NCBI GenBank assembly: GCA_041661605.1 | Contig: JBAZUE010000003.1 | Coordinates: 13,934 to 77,933, forward strand | DNA: 64,000 nt | Direction of reading: 5' to 3' | Origin: Candidatus Omnitrophota bacterium | GTDB lineage: Bacteria > Omnitrophota > Gorgyraeia > Gygaellales > Profunditerraquicolaceae | Shown here: positions 1 through 9,465 of the stretch, piece after piece | Numbering within the stretch: position 1 is the stretch's first letter | Layout of the letters: each line of letters starts with the position of its first letter | Notes under the pieces: generated by a model | Databases searched by the model: none | Seen by the model: the letters and a program-made list of their open reading frames with translations, nothing else | Told to the model about the DNA's origin: nothing | Made by a program: the position numbers and the translations under genes

Positions 1-186
1 CCCGCAAAATACAATTACCTCGGCATCGGTTTTGGCGGCAATGCGGGAAAGCTCCAGGGAATCTCCCCGGAAATCCGCGATATCCTGCACTTCAGGAAGC
101 TGATAATTATGCGCCAGGATTATGGCATTGCGCTTCTTTTTTAATTCCTTGATCTTTCTAACCAACTCCTTATCTTCTTTAATCAT
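1..186 (-). CDS. nadA: Quinolinate synthase NadA, N-terminal 62 codons (gene continues past window start)
   Basis: Partial ORF absent from the track. Hand translation of the minus strand from ATG 186-184 gives [62 protein letters not shown]. This matches the conserved NadA N-terminus (ILAHxYQ, [17 protein letters not shown], IVFCG). Confidence 0.75.
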   Translation of the reverse strand, partial: MIKEDKELVRKIKELKKKRNAIILAHNYQLPEVQDIADFRGDSLELSRIAAKTDAEVIVFCG

Positions 187-187
187 T

Positions 188-1258
188 TTAACCTAACACT
201 TTCTCGATTATCCCGCCGCCTAAAACAGTATCTCCTTTATAGAAGACGGCTGATTGACCGGGGGTTATGGCAAACTGCGGCTGCTTAAAACAAACCTTCA
301 ACTTGCCTTTAACCGGATAAACTACGGCAGGCGATTCTTTATGATTATAGCGTATCTTCACATTAATCTCAATCTTCTTTTTAAAGGGCTCGGTTAAGAA
401 ACGGACATCTTTAACCAGGAATTCATTTTTGCATGCATCCTGGCGGTTTCCCACAGTAATTTGATTATTCTTGGCGTTAATCTTAGTTACATACAGGGGA
501 TAACCCGTGGCAATACCTAGCCCCTGTCGCTGGCCTATAGTATAAAAAGGAAAACCTCTATGCTTACCGATAATACCGCCATTTTCATCCACCAGATATC
601 CCGGCTTAACGCAATTTAGTCCTTTGGCCTTAATTAAATCTCCATATCCCCCGTCAGGCAAGAAACAGATCTCCTGGCTGTCCTTTTTTTCTGCTACATT
701 AAGCTTGAATTCAGAGGCCATAACCCTTACCTCGGGCTTGTTATAATCACCCAAAGGAAAAATAACCTGTTTAAGCTGCCCCCGGTTTAAACGATATAAA
801 AAATAAGATTGGTCTTTCTTAATGTCTTTTGCTTTCTTAAGTAAATACCCTTCTCTCGATTTTACAATCCTCGCGTAATGTCCGGTAGCCAAGAACTGCG
901 CCCCTAAATTAACTGCCTTTTTAAACAAAATGCCGAATTTTATAAACTGGTTGCACCTTACACATGGGTTAGGAGTCCTGCCGGAAAGATATTCCCGGTA
1001 AAAATTGTTAATTACCCTGCGGGAGAAATCTTTATTTAAATTTAAAACATAGTGCCGGATTCCCAACTTCTGGGCTACCCTGCTGGCATCTTCAATTGCG
1101 GTTAATCCGCAGCAGTTTGGCTTATTGCCGTCTTTTTCTGCCAGGTTAAAACACATGGTCAGCCCGATTACCTCGTAACCCTGATCTTTCAGCAGGCCAG
1201 CCGCTACCGAAGAATCCACCCCGCCGCTCATAGCCACAACTACTCGCTTATTCATCAT
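188..1258 (-). CDS. mnmA: tRNA-specific 2-thiouridylase MnmA
   Basis: 356-aa track ORF. It has the PP-loop [14 protein letters not shown] and conserved MnmA blocks ([22 protein letters not shown]). Confidence 0.92.
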   Translation of the reverse strand: MMNKRVVVAMSGGVDSSVAAGLLKDQGYEVIGLTMCFNLAEKDGNKPNCCGLTAIEDASRVAQKLGIRHYVLNLNKDFSRRVINNFYREYLSGRTPNPCVRCNQFIKFGILFKKAVNLGAQFLATGHYARIVKSREGYLLKKAKDIKKDQSYFLYRLNRGQLKQVIFPLGDYNKPEVRVMASEFKLNVAEKKDSQEICFLPDGGYGDLIKAKGLNCVKPGYLVDENGGIIGKHRGFPFYTIGQRQGLGIATGYPLYVTKINAKNNQITVGNRQDACKNEFLVKDVRFLTEPFKKKIEINVKIRYNHKESPAVVYPVKGKLKVCFKQPQFAITPGQSAVFYKGDTVLGGGIIEKVLG

Positions 1259-1291
1259 ACTGTTTTATCCCGTCTAATCTTAAATTTTAAC

Positions 1292-1320
1292 AAAAAAGGC
1301 CCAGCATTTTGTGCCGGGCC
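1292..1320 (-). terminator. Rho-independent terminator after the cold-shock gene
   Basis: Minus strand reads GGCCCGGCA-CAAAA-TGCTGGGCC followed by TTTTTT. It starts about 20 nt downstream of the csp stop codon. Confidence 0.6.
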
Positions 1321-1340
1321 TTTTCTTTATTCCTGTTAGG

Positions 1341-1541
1341 TTATAACTTCACTACTTTAGTAGCTTGTTCACCTTTAGGACCTTTTTCAATCTCAAACTC
1401 AACCTCCTGGCCCTCCTCTAAAGTCTTATAGCCATCACCCTGGATCGCAGTATGATGCACAAACACATCAACACCGTTCTCAGGAGTAATAAATCCATAG
1501 CCTTTTTGATTGGAAAACCACTTTACTTTTCCCTTTGCCAT
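1341..1541 (-). CDS. Cold-shock protein (CspA family)
   Basis: 66-aa ORF with the RNP1/RNP2 motifs KGYGFI and VFVHHTAI. A roughly 155-nt untranslated leader (1542-1696) precedes it, as is typical of csp mRNAs. Confidence 0.92.
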   Translation of the reverse strand: MAKGKVKWFSNQKGYGFITPENGVDVFVHHTAIQGDGYKTLEEGQEVEFEIEKGPKGEQATKVVKL

Positions 1542-1696
1542 TTTCTTTGCTTCCTCCTTTCCACAAAATTATAGCAGGTTTATAAGGAAAAACAAAAAAC
1601 CGCAAGGCTTACTTTCTCTCTCCTCACGGCTAAAGATTCCTAACCTTCTCTGCTATGAGTAAATAATATACATTAAAGTGCCGGTTTGTCAATTGT

Positions 1697-1987
1697 TTAT
1701 TTTAGGCTATCTATCCCTTTAAGGTTATAGTAACCCAGGACTTTAACCTTGGCCCTGGATTTACCTACTAACCAATCATGATACTTGCCCATAAACTGTT
1801 CATGATCTGATTTCTTTGCCCACTGGTATACTGAGGCATACTGATTTATGAATCCGTAACGCTTCATAGTCTGATACGCCAAAAACCCCCTGGATTTCTT
1901 AGTGTAAGAAGCCCACATCAGGCTATCTTTACGGTATTTAGCTACCTCTTTCGGCTTTACTTCAAACAAAACAACATGAATAAACAT
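1697..1987 (-). CDS. Small ABM/dimeric alpha-beta-barrel-like protein (function unknown)
   Basis: 96-aa ORF. Its size and pattern (MFIHVVLFEVKP...) resemble the antibiotic-biosynthesis-monooxygenase-like fold. This is a weak, pattern-level call only. Confidence 0.3.
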   Translation of the reverse strand: MFIHVVLFEVKPKEVAKYRKDSLMWASYTKKSRGFLAYQTMKRYGFINQYASVYQWAKKSDHEQFMGKYHDWLVGKSRAKVKVLGYYNLKGIDSLK

Positions 1988-2036
1988 ATAGTCCTCTTTT
2001 TTAATTTAGAAGTTAGATTATTATACGCTTAAATGG

Positions 2037-3833
2037 CTACCATTGCAACCTTAAGCCTGCCTCAATATACCTGCCCGGCTGCGGGATACCCTCAATATCC
2101 TGATATTCCACATTCAGGATATTCTCTATATGCAGAAAAACTTTAGCGTTATGGTTTAAATTATAATTAAGCCCGGAGTTCACCAAGAGCCAACCCCGGC
2201 GGCCAGGTCTCTTTTTATAATTAATTCCTATCTCTTGCTGGCCAAAAGGCAAATCCAGGTTAAAAACCGTATTAACTAAATGACTGGCATAATTCGGTCC
2301 GTATTTATAGAGATACCCCTGGTTGTCTATATTTTTATCCGTATAAGTATAATTGGCATCCAGACTGAACAACCTGTTAAGCTTCTTGTGTAATGCATAT
2401 TCAACACCAAAAACATTATCACGGGTAAAATTCTTTGCCTGCCATTTTTGGGCTGGATCAGACCTGACCCAATCAATCATTTCCTTCTCTTGGCGAAGAA
2501 ATAAAGATAAGCTACTGGATAATCCTTCTTTCTTATATTCAAAGCCCGCTTCATAATTCCATGCTTTCTCGGAAGCTAAATTATCATTACCGACCGTAGT
2601 GGGATCGCTATAATAAAGTTCGGTAAATGACGGAACGCGCATGCTTCTTGAGATGCCGAAATTAAACGCTGTATCAGGCGTAAGCCTAAACTTGACGCTT
2701 AAAGAACCGGTATATACTTTACCAAAACCGGAAAAATCTTCCCAGCGTATAGAAGAACCTATGTCCCATTTTTCTCCAAGACACAGGGAGTTATCTAAAA
2801 ACACGCTTTTGCGATCACGGATGTGCCTGCCCAGGTTAGTAGAAGTAATCCTCTCCTGAGACCACTCTGTCCCCAAACCAAGCTTACCCAGCAACCCTAT
2901 TTCTTTTTGTAAATAAATACCCGGGGTAAACATGTCCGTACGATGCTGATTAACGGAGTTAGAGCGCAGATGGGTTCTGTCCAATGTGAATTTGTCATAA
3001 TGCCTGCGCCAGAGGAAATTCGGTTTAATCAACAGTCCGTCACCGTTTAAGCTGATACCGCTGCTTAAGAGATAAGTTTTAGTCTCTTCCCTAGAAAGAA
3101 ACCCTTGGCCCGGGGTATAAAAATCATAAGCGCCAAAATTCTTTTCCTGATAGCCAAAGTTGTTTTCCCATGACCCCGGACCAAATTCGTAATTTGTGCT
3201 TACTGAAGAGGTAAATTTCTTATAATCCGTGTCTTCCCGAAAACCCTTTGACTGCGCATCTTCAAGGGAAACCCTAAAACCTAAATCCTTAAACCTGTCG
3301 CTTAAGCTGAATAACCCATAACCGTTACGCATACTGCCTGCGCCAAACTCCCAGACAGTTATTTTCTCTTTTGGTTTATTCAAAGAAAAGTTTACCGCCC
3401 CCCCTATGGCATCCGGGCCAAACAGCGAAGAACTGGCTCCGGGGATTAACTCTATTTTTCCGATATCTTCCTTAGTAAAAGGCAAATCAGAATTGTGATG
3501 TGCAGTCTGCGGATCATTAACCCGCTGGCCGTTAAGCAGGATTAAGACCTGCTGGAAGGTTGAGCCGCGCAGCGAAAAATCCGTCTGTATCCCGCTTTCT
3601 AAAGCACGGCTTTGTAAATCCACAGGCAAATTATTCAAACTTTCCAGGCTGGTTTGATAATTAAAAGCCTGGTCTTTCCCGGGATCCGTAGAATAGGTAT
3701 TCAGGAGAAACTGCTTTTGCTTACTGATAACTATTGGTTCTAATTCCTGACAGTTGTCTTCGGAGGAAAATGATATCTTTGGCAGAATAAGAATTATAAT
3801 GATAAAAAAACCGCTCCATCTTATTTTAAACAT
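2037..3833 (-). CDS. TonB-dependent outer-membrane receptor (BtuB/CirA-like)
   Basis: 598-aa ORF with a signal peptide and a TonB-box-like EPIVIS. Plug-domain blocks are present (SLRGSTFQQVLILLNGQRVNDPQ, IELIPGASSSLFGPDAIGGAVNF). The C-terminal barrel ends in the aromatic ...GLRLQW. Confidence 0.88.
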   Translation of the reverse strand: MFKIRWSGFFIIIILILPKISFSSEDNCQELEPIVISKQKQFLLNTYSTDPGKDQAFNYQTSLESLNNLPVDLQSRALESGIQTDFSLRGSTFQQVLILLNGQRVNDPQTAHHNSDLPFTKEDIGKIELIPGASSSLFGPDAIGGAVNFSLNKPKEKITVWEFGAGSMRNGYGLFSLSDRFKDLGFRVSLEDAQSKGFREDTDYKKFTSSVSTNYEFGPGSWENNFGYQEKNFGAYDFYTPGQGFLSREETKTYLLSSGISLNGDGLLIKPNFLWRRHYDKFTLDRTHLRSNSVNQHRTDMFTPGIYLQKEIGLLGKLGLGTEWSQERITSTNLGRHIRDRKSVFLDNSLCLGEKWDIGSSIRWEDFSGFGKVYTGSLSVKFRLTPDTAFNFGISRSMRVPSFTELYYSDPTTVGNDNLASEKAWNYEAGFEYKKEGLSSSLSLFLRQEKEMIDWVRSDPAQKWQAKNFTRDNVFGVEYALHKKLNRLFSLDANYTYTDKNIDNQGYLYKYGPNYASHLVNTVFNLDLPFGQQEIGINYKKRPGRRGWLLVNSGLNYNLNHNAKVFLHIENILNVEYQDIEGIPQPGRYIEAGLRLQW

Positions 3834-3839
3834 GAAAGT

Positions 3840-3867
3840 ATTATAAGATGTGCGGTTTAATTGTCAA
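3840..3867 (-). promoter_or_regulatory. Consensus sigma70-type promoter of the TonB-dependent receptor; candidate leaderless mRNA
   Basis: Minus strand reads TTGACA (3867-3862), 16 nt, TATAAT (3845-3840). The ATG (3833-3831) begins 6 nt after the -10 hexamer and no Shine-Dalgarno sequence is present. Confidence 0.5.
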
Positions 3868-3891
3868 CCAATAATATAATTATGGTTTACG
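3862..3891. promoter_or_regulatory. BirA-operator-like inverted repeat
   Basis: TGTCAACC-N14-GGTTTACG overlaps the -35 hexamer and abuts the birA stop codon. It resembles the BirA bio-operator half-sites (E. coli bioO TTGTAAACC / GGTTTACAA). Confidence 0.4.
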
Positions 3892-3892
3892 G

Positions 3893-4849
3893 TTAACGCA
3901 AGTGCATAACATCCCCGGAGAAAACTTTCTGCATGAGCCCGGAGTCTTTTCGAACAAGCAAGGCGCCATCCTGGTCAATATCCACAGCCTGGCCCTCAAT
4001 GTGTTTATCCTGGCAATATATCTTAACGCGCCTGCCCAGGGTAAGGCTAAAATTACGCCATTTATCAATTATCTCCCGGGCGCCCTTATCCTCGAGAAGA
4101 AAATAGTTGCTTTCAATCCTGCGTAAAAGTTCCTGCAGCAGAATAATGCGGTTTACCGGTTCAGCTGTCTGTTCTTTTAAAGAAGTGGCCTGGGCAATTA
4201 AAGATTTCTTATCATTATTGACATTTAAACCAATACCGATAACCAAAAAGTTAACCTTATCTACCTCGGCGTTCATTTCAGTCAAAATACCGGCAACCTT
4301 CTTATTGCAGATAAAGACATCATTGGGCCATTTGATCTGCGCATCCAAACCGACAGTCTTTTTTATCGTTTCGCAAATACTCACCGCGCTTAAAAGCGTA
4401 AGTATCGGTGAAGCCGATGGCGAGATCTCCGGCCTTAAGATTAATGACAAGTAAATACCTTTGTATTTAGGAGAAAACCAGCCCCTGCCCAATCTTCCGC
4501 GGCCCTTAGTCTGTGATTCAGCCAAAACGACTGTTCCATGCGGGGCTGCCTGTATCCCTAATTGCATCGCCAGGTCCATGGTTGAAACTAAATAATCGAA
4601 ATAGTGTATTTTCTTGGCGATAAATTTCGTATTAAGCCCATGGGCTATCTCTAAAGCAAAAAGCCGGTCCGGGCTGGATTCAAGCCGATAACCTAAATGC
4701 GGTACTGCAGCAATATCATATCCTAAGTCTTTCAAATCCTGGATATGTTTCCACAGCCCCTGCCGGCTGATCCCCAGACGGCTGGATATTTCATCGCCCG
4801 AAAGATATTCCCTTTGTTTTTTAAGATAATCGAGTATTTTTTCTTTCAT
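3893..4849 (-). CDS. birA: Bifunctional biotin-[acetyl-CoA-carboxylase] ligase / biotin operon repressor BirA
   Basis: 318-aa ORF. It has an N-terminal wHTH (LSGDEISSRLGISRQGLWKHIQDL) and a ligase core with GRGRLGRGW. This is the repressor-type (class II) architecture. Confidence 0.92.
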   Translation of the reverse strand: MKEKILDYLKKQREYLSGDEISSRLGISRQGLWKHIQDLKDLGYDIAAVPHLGYRLESSPDRLFALEIAHGLNTKFIAKKIHYFDYLVSTMDLAMQLGIQAAPHGTVVLAESQTKGRGRLGRGWFSPKYKGIYLSLILRPEISPSASPILTLLSAVSICETIKKTVGLDAQIKWPNDVFICNKKVAGILTEMNAEVDKVNFLVIGIGLNVNNDKKSLIAQATSLKEQTAEPVNRIILLQELLRRIESNYFLLEDKGAREIIDKWRNFSLTLGRRVKIYCQDKHIEGQAVDIDQDGALLVRKDSGLMQKVFSGDVMHLR

Positions 4850-5892
4850 CTACTTTTACCAAGATACTCTTCAAATTTAGCCCAGAAAGGATCAACCCTG
4901 GGATGCTCAAGTGCGTGGATTTTATTCCCGCTGAAAACACGCATTCCTTTATTGCGTTCAGTGACCTCGCCAACAATACTGGCAGGAATTCCGGCTCCTT
5001 CCAGAACAGATACAATCGGCTTAGCCTTCTTCTTGTTTGCCGTAACCAGGAGAGTGCCTTCGCTTATAGATTTATAAGGATCGATGCCAAAACAAGAACA
5101 AACCAGGCGCACTTCTTCCTGCAGAATTATCTTGTCCAAATCAATACACATGCCCACCCTGCTGTGCTGGGCAATCTCAAAAAGCCCGCCCCATACCCCG
5201 CATTCCGTAGCATCATGCATAGCTGTTAATCCTCCAATGGAGGCAGCCAAAGAAGCATCTTTTACCGTAGACATCTGATAAAAAATATTTTGCGCCCGTT
5301 TCAGGAAAACCGGTCCATATTTATTTTCAATAGGCCCCGGAAAATAAGCAGACAACAAGCCGGTAGTCTCAATAGCTGGCCCCTTAGAAACGATAACCGC
5401 GTCCCCCGGTTCTGCATGCGGGTTGATAAGCTCTCTCTTCCTGCCTAACCCAAACATAGTCGCTCCGCCTACCATAGGATAATTGCATCCGGCATAGCGG
5501 GCAGTATGACCGGTTACTACGCTGATGCCTAGCTTTTTACATTCCTTATGCACAGCATTCCACAATCTTACCAATTCATCTTCGGTAATCTGCGGCGGGA
5601 GGTTAAGGTCAATTGCCAGGTACTTAGGCCTGATACCGCTTACGGCAACATCACTGGCAATGATATGCACGGCAAACCAGGCAGCCTTTTCCATCCCTAA
5701 ATCTTTAGCGATAAAAAATGGATCCGTGGATAAAACCATCACTTGAACACCCAGATCCACCACGCCAAAATCCACGCCGTTCTGCGGCTTGACCAAAACG
5801 GATTTATCCGGTTTGCCTAATTTATGGTATATGTGCTGGTTAAAAAAATCCGGGTGGATCTTACCAAGCCTGGGAAGCTTAACTCTTTTCAT
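4846..5892 (-). CDS. AIR-synthase-related (PurM/HypE/ThiL/SelD-fold) ATP-dependent enzyme, function unassigned
   Basis: 348-aa ORF with PurM-like N and C domains (NGVDFGVVDLG, SVVTGHTARY, HDATECGVWGG). It overlaps nifS by 14 nt and birA by 4 nt, so it lies in the same operon. Confidence 0.65.
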   Translation of the reverse strand: MKRVKLPRLGKIHPDFFNQHIYHKLGKPDKSVLVKPQNGVDFGVVDLGVQVMVLSTDPFFIAKDLGMEKAAWFAVHIIASDVAVSGIRPKYLAIDLNLPPQITEDELVRLWNAVHKECKKLGISVVTGHTARYAGCNYPMVGGATMFGLGRKRELINPHAEPGDAVIVSKGPAIETTGLLSAYFPGPIENKYGPVFLKRAQNIFYQMSTVKDASLAASIGGLTAMHDATECGVWGGLFEIAQHSRVGMCIDLDKIILQEEVRLVCSCFGIDPYKSISEGTLLVTANKKKAKPIVSVLEGAGIPASIVGEVTERNKGMRVFSGNKIHALEHPRVDPFWAKFEEYLGKSR

Positions 5893-7042
5893 AAAGGGGG
5901 CTCATCGCGCGCAGCTTTTGTACAATCTGAGGGAATTTCTCTAAAAAATAGTCTATGTCGCTTTCCTTAGTCCAGCGTCCAAGAGTAATCCTGATTGAAC
6001 CATGTGCAGTTGCATGATCCAGACCAGTAGCTAATAAAACATGCGAAGGCTCTAAAGAGCTTGAGGTGCAGGCTGAACCAGTAGAACAAGCAATACCAAG
6101 TAAATCCAAATTCAGAAGGATAGACTCTCCTTCAATATATTTTATGGAAAAGTTGACATTATTCGGCAGCCGTTTCACGGGATGGCCGTTAAGTTTTACT
6201 TCCGGGATGCGGCTGGGGATCTCCTGAATCAGCTTATCCCGCAAAACACTCTGGAATTTAATTTCGTTCGCCATATTCTTTTGGCAAAGCTGAATAGCTT
6301 TGCCTAATCCGACTATCCCCGTAGTATTATAAGTAGAACCGCGCCTTCCCCTTTCTTGGTCTCCGCCGCGCATAAATGTTTCCAGGCGCCTGCCCTTGCG
6401 GACATATAAGGCACCCACGCCTTTTGGCCCATAAAATTTATGGGCAGAAAGCGATAAAAGGTCAACATTCAGATCATCAACATTTACCGGAATATGTCCT
6501 ATGGTTTGCACGGCATCGGTATGAAAATAAATCCCTTTTTCTTTGATGATCCTGCCAAGTTCCGCGATAGGCTGAAGCGTTCCAATCTCGTTATTGGCCT
6601 GCATTATACTGACCAGGATGGTCTTCTCAGTAATCGCCTCTTGAAGTTCTTGCGGGGAAACCAAACCGTCTTTATCCACTTTAAGATAAGTAACTTTAAA
6701 ACCTTTCTTTTCTAAGAATTTAGCCGGTTCGGTAATGGCATGATGTTCAATGGCAGAAGTAATAATATGGTTGCCTTTCTTCTCCAATGCATAAGCAGAG
6801 CCTAAAAGCGCAAAATTATCTGATTCGGTTCCTCCGGAAGTAAAGACAATCTCCTCGGGGCTGGCTCCGATAAACTCAGAGAGCGCCTGGCGGGCATCCT
6901 CAATCGCTTTTTTAGCCTCCTGTCCGTAGGCGTGCAGGCTTGAAGCATTGCCGAATTTATCAAAGAAATACGGCTCCATCGCAGCTAAGACTTCCGGGTC
7001 AGTTGGTGTAGTCGCAGCATAATCAAAATATACTTTTTTCAT
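5879..7042 (-). CDS. nifS: Cysteine desulfurase (NifS/IscS type)
   Basis: 387-aa ORF with the PLP-lysine motif SAHKFYGPKG and the active-site loop CSTGSACTS. Confidence 0.92.
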   Translation of the reverse strand: MKKVYFDYAATTPTDPEVLAAMEPYFFDKFGNASSLHAYGQEAKKAIEDARQALSEFIGASPEEIVFTSGGTESDNFALLGSAYALEKKGNHIITSAIEHHAITEPAKFLEKKGFKVTYLKVDKDGLVSPQELQEAITEKTILVSIMQANNEIGTLQPIAELGRIIKEKGIYFHTDAVQTIGHIPVNVDDLNVDLLSLSAHKFYGPKGVGALYVRKGRRLETFMRGGDQERGRRGSTYNTTGIVGLGKAIQLCQKNMANEIKFQSVLRDKLIQEIPSRIPEVKLNGHPVKRLPNNVNFSIKYIEGESILLNLDLLGIACSTGSACTSSSLEPSHVLLATGLDHATAHGSIRITLGRWTKESDIDYFLEKFPQIVQKLRAMSPLYEKS

Positions 7043-7845
7043 CTCTTAATTACCTCATTTAAGCTACCTGTCCGATACCCTTCTAGATCTAATGTAATAT
7101 AGGTATAACCCAAGCTTTTTAACTTATCAACTATCGCCCGGCGGTTACGCAAGAGACGATTAATATGTTTTTTCTCCACCTCAATCCGGCAAAGCCCGTT
7201 ATAATGGCGCAGCCTGACAAGCCGGAATCCCAGGCTGACCAGATACGCCTCTGCCTGATCAATGCGTCTAAGCAATCCGGCAGTAATCTTAGTGCCATAA
7301 GGTATGCGCGAAGCAAGACAGGCCAAAGGCGGTTTGTTCCAGCTGGACAAACCTAACATTTTGCTTAATTTGCGGATATCTTTTTTAGCAAAACCTGCCT
7401 CAAGCAAAGGAGACCTTATCCCAAGCTCTTTCTTTGCGACATTTCCCGGACGGTAATCTGATTTATCCGAAACATTGCTGGCATCCAAAACAAAATCAAA
7501 GTTTTTCTTCCTGGCAATAACGATTAATTTCAGAAATAATTCTTTTTTACAAAAATAACAGCGGGAAGCAGAATTAGCGGTGAATTCTTTATTATCTAAC
7601 TCCGCGGTTTTAATTACCCTGAGCTTTGTGCCTATCTCTTTAGCCAGTATCTTTGCCTTACGCAACTCATCCTTAGGATATGTGGCCGAAACCGCGGTTG
7701 CTGCCAGGATATTTGCTTTTGGCAAAACGAGCGAACAGAGTTTAAGCAAAAGCGCGCTATCCTGGCCTCCGGAAAAAGCAACTACGCATGACTTATATCC
7801 GTAGATTTTACGCTTAAGGCAGGCAAGCTTATGCTGAAAGGTCAT
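7039..7845 (-). CDS. larE: PP-loop ATPase of the LarE family (ATP-dependent sulfur transferase-like)
   Basis: 268-aa ORF with the PP-loop AFSGGQDSALL. It also carries RCYFCK, DYRPG and the LarE-type PLACLASRIPYG block containing the sulfur-donating or cluster-binding Cys. Confidence 0.65.
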   Translation of the reverse strand: MTFQHKLACLKRKIYGYKSCVVAFSGGQDSALLLKLCSLVLPKANILAATAVSATYPKDELRKAKILAKEIGTKLRVIKTAELDNKEFTANSASRCYFCKKELFLKLIVIARKKNFDFVLDASNVSDKSDYRPGNVAKKELGIRSPLLEAGFAKKDIRKLSKMLGLSSWNKPPLACLASRIPYGTKITAGLLRRIDQAEAYLVSLGFRLVRLRHYNGLCRIEVEKKHINRLLRNRRAIVDKLKSLGYTYITLDLEGYRTGSLNEVIKR

Positions 7846-7857
7846 TGCCGGATTCTA

Positions 7858-8079
7858 CTACAAAGCTACGACTTCTTTTATTTCCGGAACTTCCTGCTTT
7901 AAAATTCTTTCAATCCCCATCTTCAAAGTCATCGAACTCATCGGACAACAGCCGCAGCTACCCTTCAACTTTAATTTTACTACACCATCGCTGGTTACAT
8001 CAACTAACTCAACATTCCCGCCATCGGCGGCAAGCATGGGCCTGACCTTATCCAAAGCTTTTTCAATTCGCTCTCTCAT
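7858..8079 (-). CDS. NifU C-terminal-domain (Nfu-like) Fe-S cluster carrier
   Basis: 73-aa ORF with the Nfu pattern [11 protein letters not shown]...[16 protein letters not shown]. Confidence 0.8.
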   Translation of the reverse strand: MRERIEKALDKVRPMLAADGGNVELVDVTSDGVVKLKLKGSCGCCPMSSMTLKMGIERILKQEVPEIKEVVAL

Positions 8080-8147
8080 TTCTATTCTCCCTTGTTATAC
8101 ATATTATTCTTATCCATACATTCTAATTGTACCACTATAGAAAATAC

Positions 8148-8537
8148 CTACAACTTATTTGTCTTCTCTTGCGCCTTTATTTTATTCCAATTAGCGATAA
8201 TCTGGCGCGTAGAGCTAACTTTGGTTTTACCGAAAACGTGCGGGTGCCTGCGCCTCAGCTTGCCGATCAAGCCTGCGATCACTTCTTCAATATCAAATTT
8301 TCCCCGCTTTTTGGCGATCTGGGCATTAAACATTACATGCAGAAGAATATCCCCCAGCTCTTCCTGCATATGCCGGTAATTATCATTTTTTACCGCAGCG
8401 ATAAATTCATCCACCTCTTCTTTTAAATCATTGATCAGGCTCTTGTGCGTTTGTTTCTTATCCCACATGCAACCGCGGTCGCTATGTAAAATAGTAAAAA
8501 CATTCTTTAGCTCTATAAATTTTGTATTTTTACCCAT
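8148..8537 (-). CDS. mazG: MazG-family nucleotide pyrophosphohydrolase
   Basis: 129-aa ORF with EELGDILLHVMFNAQIA and RRHPHVF, the hallmark MazG motifs. Confidence 0.8.
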   Translation of the reverse strand: MGKNTKFIELKNVFTILHSDRGCMWDKKQTHKSLINDLKEEVDEFIAAVKNDNYRHMQEELGDILLHVMFNAQIAKKRGKFDIEEVIAGLIGKLRRRHPHVFGKTKVSSTRQIIANWNKIKAQEKTNKL

Positions 8538-8543
8538 TCCTGC

Positions 8544-9455
8544 CTAGAATTTGTTTATCGCAAGATACCTGAAGGCGCTTAATGCGGCCTTTGAGCCTTC
8601 CCCGGCAGCGATAATAATCTGTTTCTCCGGTACATCTGTAACATCGCCTGCGGAAAAAACACCGGGGATACTGGTTTCATTGCGCAAATTTATTTTTATC
8701 TCACCTTTTCCATTTTTTTCTACATCCCCGGCGAATGCAGAATTAGGAACAAGCCCTATCTCCACAAACACCCCCTGCACGGACAAGTCTCTTACTCCGG
8801 TATTATCTTTAATTTTAATAGCGCTGACAAATTTATCTCCTGTTACGGATATAACCTGGGAATCATTAAAAACAGCAACATTGGCGGCATCTTCAACCTT
8901 CTGACGCATAATCGCGTCCCCGCCCAAAGCCGGTGTGTTATTTACAATATTTACCTGTTTTGCAATCTTAACCAGTTGTAAAGCAGCATCCAGCGCAGAA
9001 TTTCCCCCGCCGATAACAGCTACGTCCTTAGCGCTAAATAACGGTCCGTCGCAGGTAGCGCAGTAAGTCAAGCCCCGATTCTTAAACTCCTTTTCTCCGG
9101 GCACACCCAGCTCTTTTGATCTTTTACCTGATGCGATAATTACGCTCCTGGAGCTATAATTTGATTTATTAGTCCTCACCAAGAATACGCCATCTGACCT
9201 TTTAAGCTCTAACACCTCTTCGTTTTCTTTAAGCGGGGTATCGTACTTACGCATATGCTCATGAAATTTCTGCGCCAGCTCCGGCCCGGTAATAAATTGA
9301 TAACCGGTATAATTTTCAATGTCTCCGCTCCAGGCAGCCTGTCCGCCAATGTCCAGACTAATAACCAAAAAATTCAATTTTTTTCTGGCTGAATACACGC
9401 TAGCAGTTATCCCGGCGGGACCGGCTCCGATAATAATTAAATCATAAATTTGCAT
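8544..9455 (-). CDS. trxB: Thioredoxin-disulfide reductase-like flavoprotein
   Basis: 303-aa ORF with the FAD motif IIIGAGPAG, the redox-active CATCDG and the NAD(P)H motif VIGGGNSALD. Confidence 0.75.
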   Translation of the reverse strand: MQIYDLIIIGAGPAGITASVYSARKKLNFLVISLDIGGQAAWSGDIENYTGYQFITGPELAQKFHEHMRKYDTPLKENEEVLELKRSDGVFLVRTNKSNYSSRSVIIASGKRSKELGVPGEKEFKNRGLTYCATCDGPLFSAKDVAVIGGGNSALDAALQLVKIAKQVNIVNNTPALGGDAIMRQKVEDAANVAVFNDSQVISVTGDKFVSAIKIKDNTGVRDLSVQGVFVEIGLVPNSAFAGDVEKNGKGEIKINLRNETSIPGVFSAGDVTDVPEKQIIIAAGEGSKAALSAFRYLAINKF

Positions 9456-9465
9456 ATTATCTTCT

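Noticed and set aside
1542-1696. The 155-nt gap upstream of the cold-shock gene as a possible independent ncRNA
   Set aside because: Long structured 5' UTRs are the norm for csp mRNAs. I saw no separate promoter and terminator pair.
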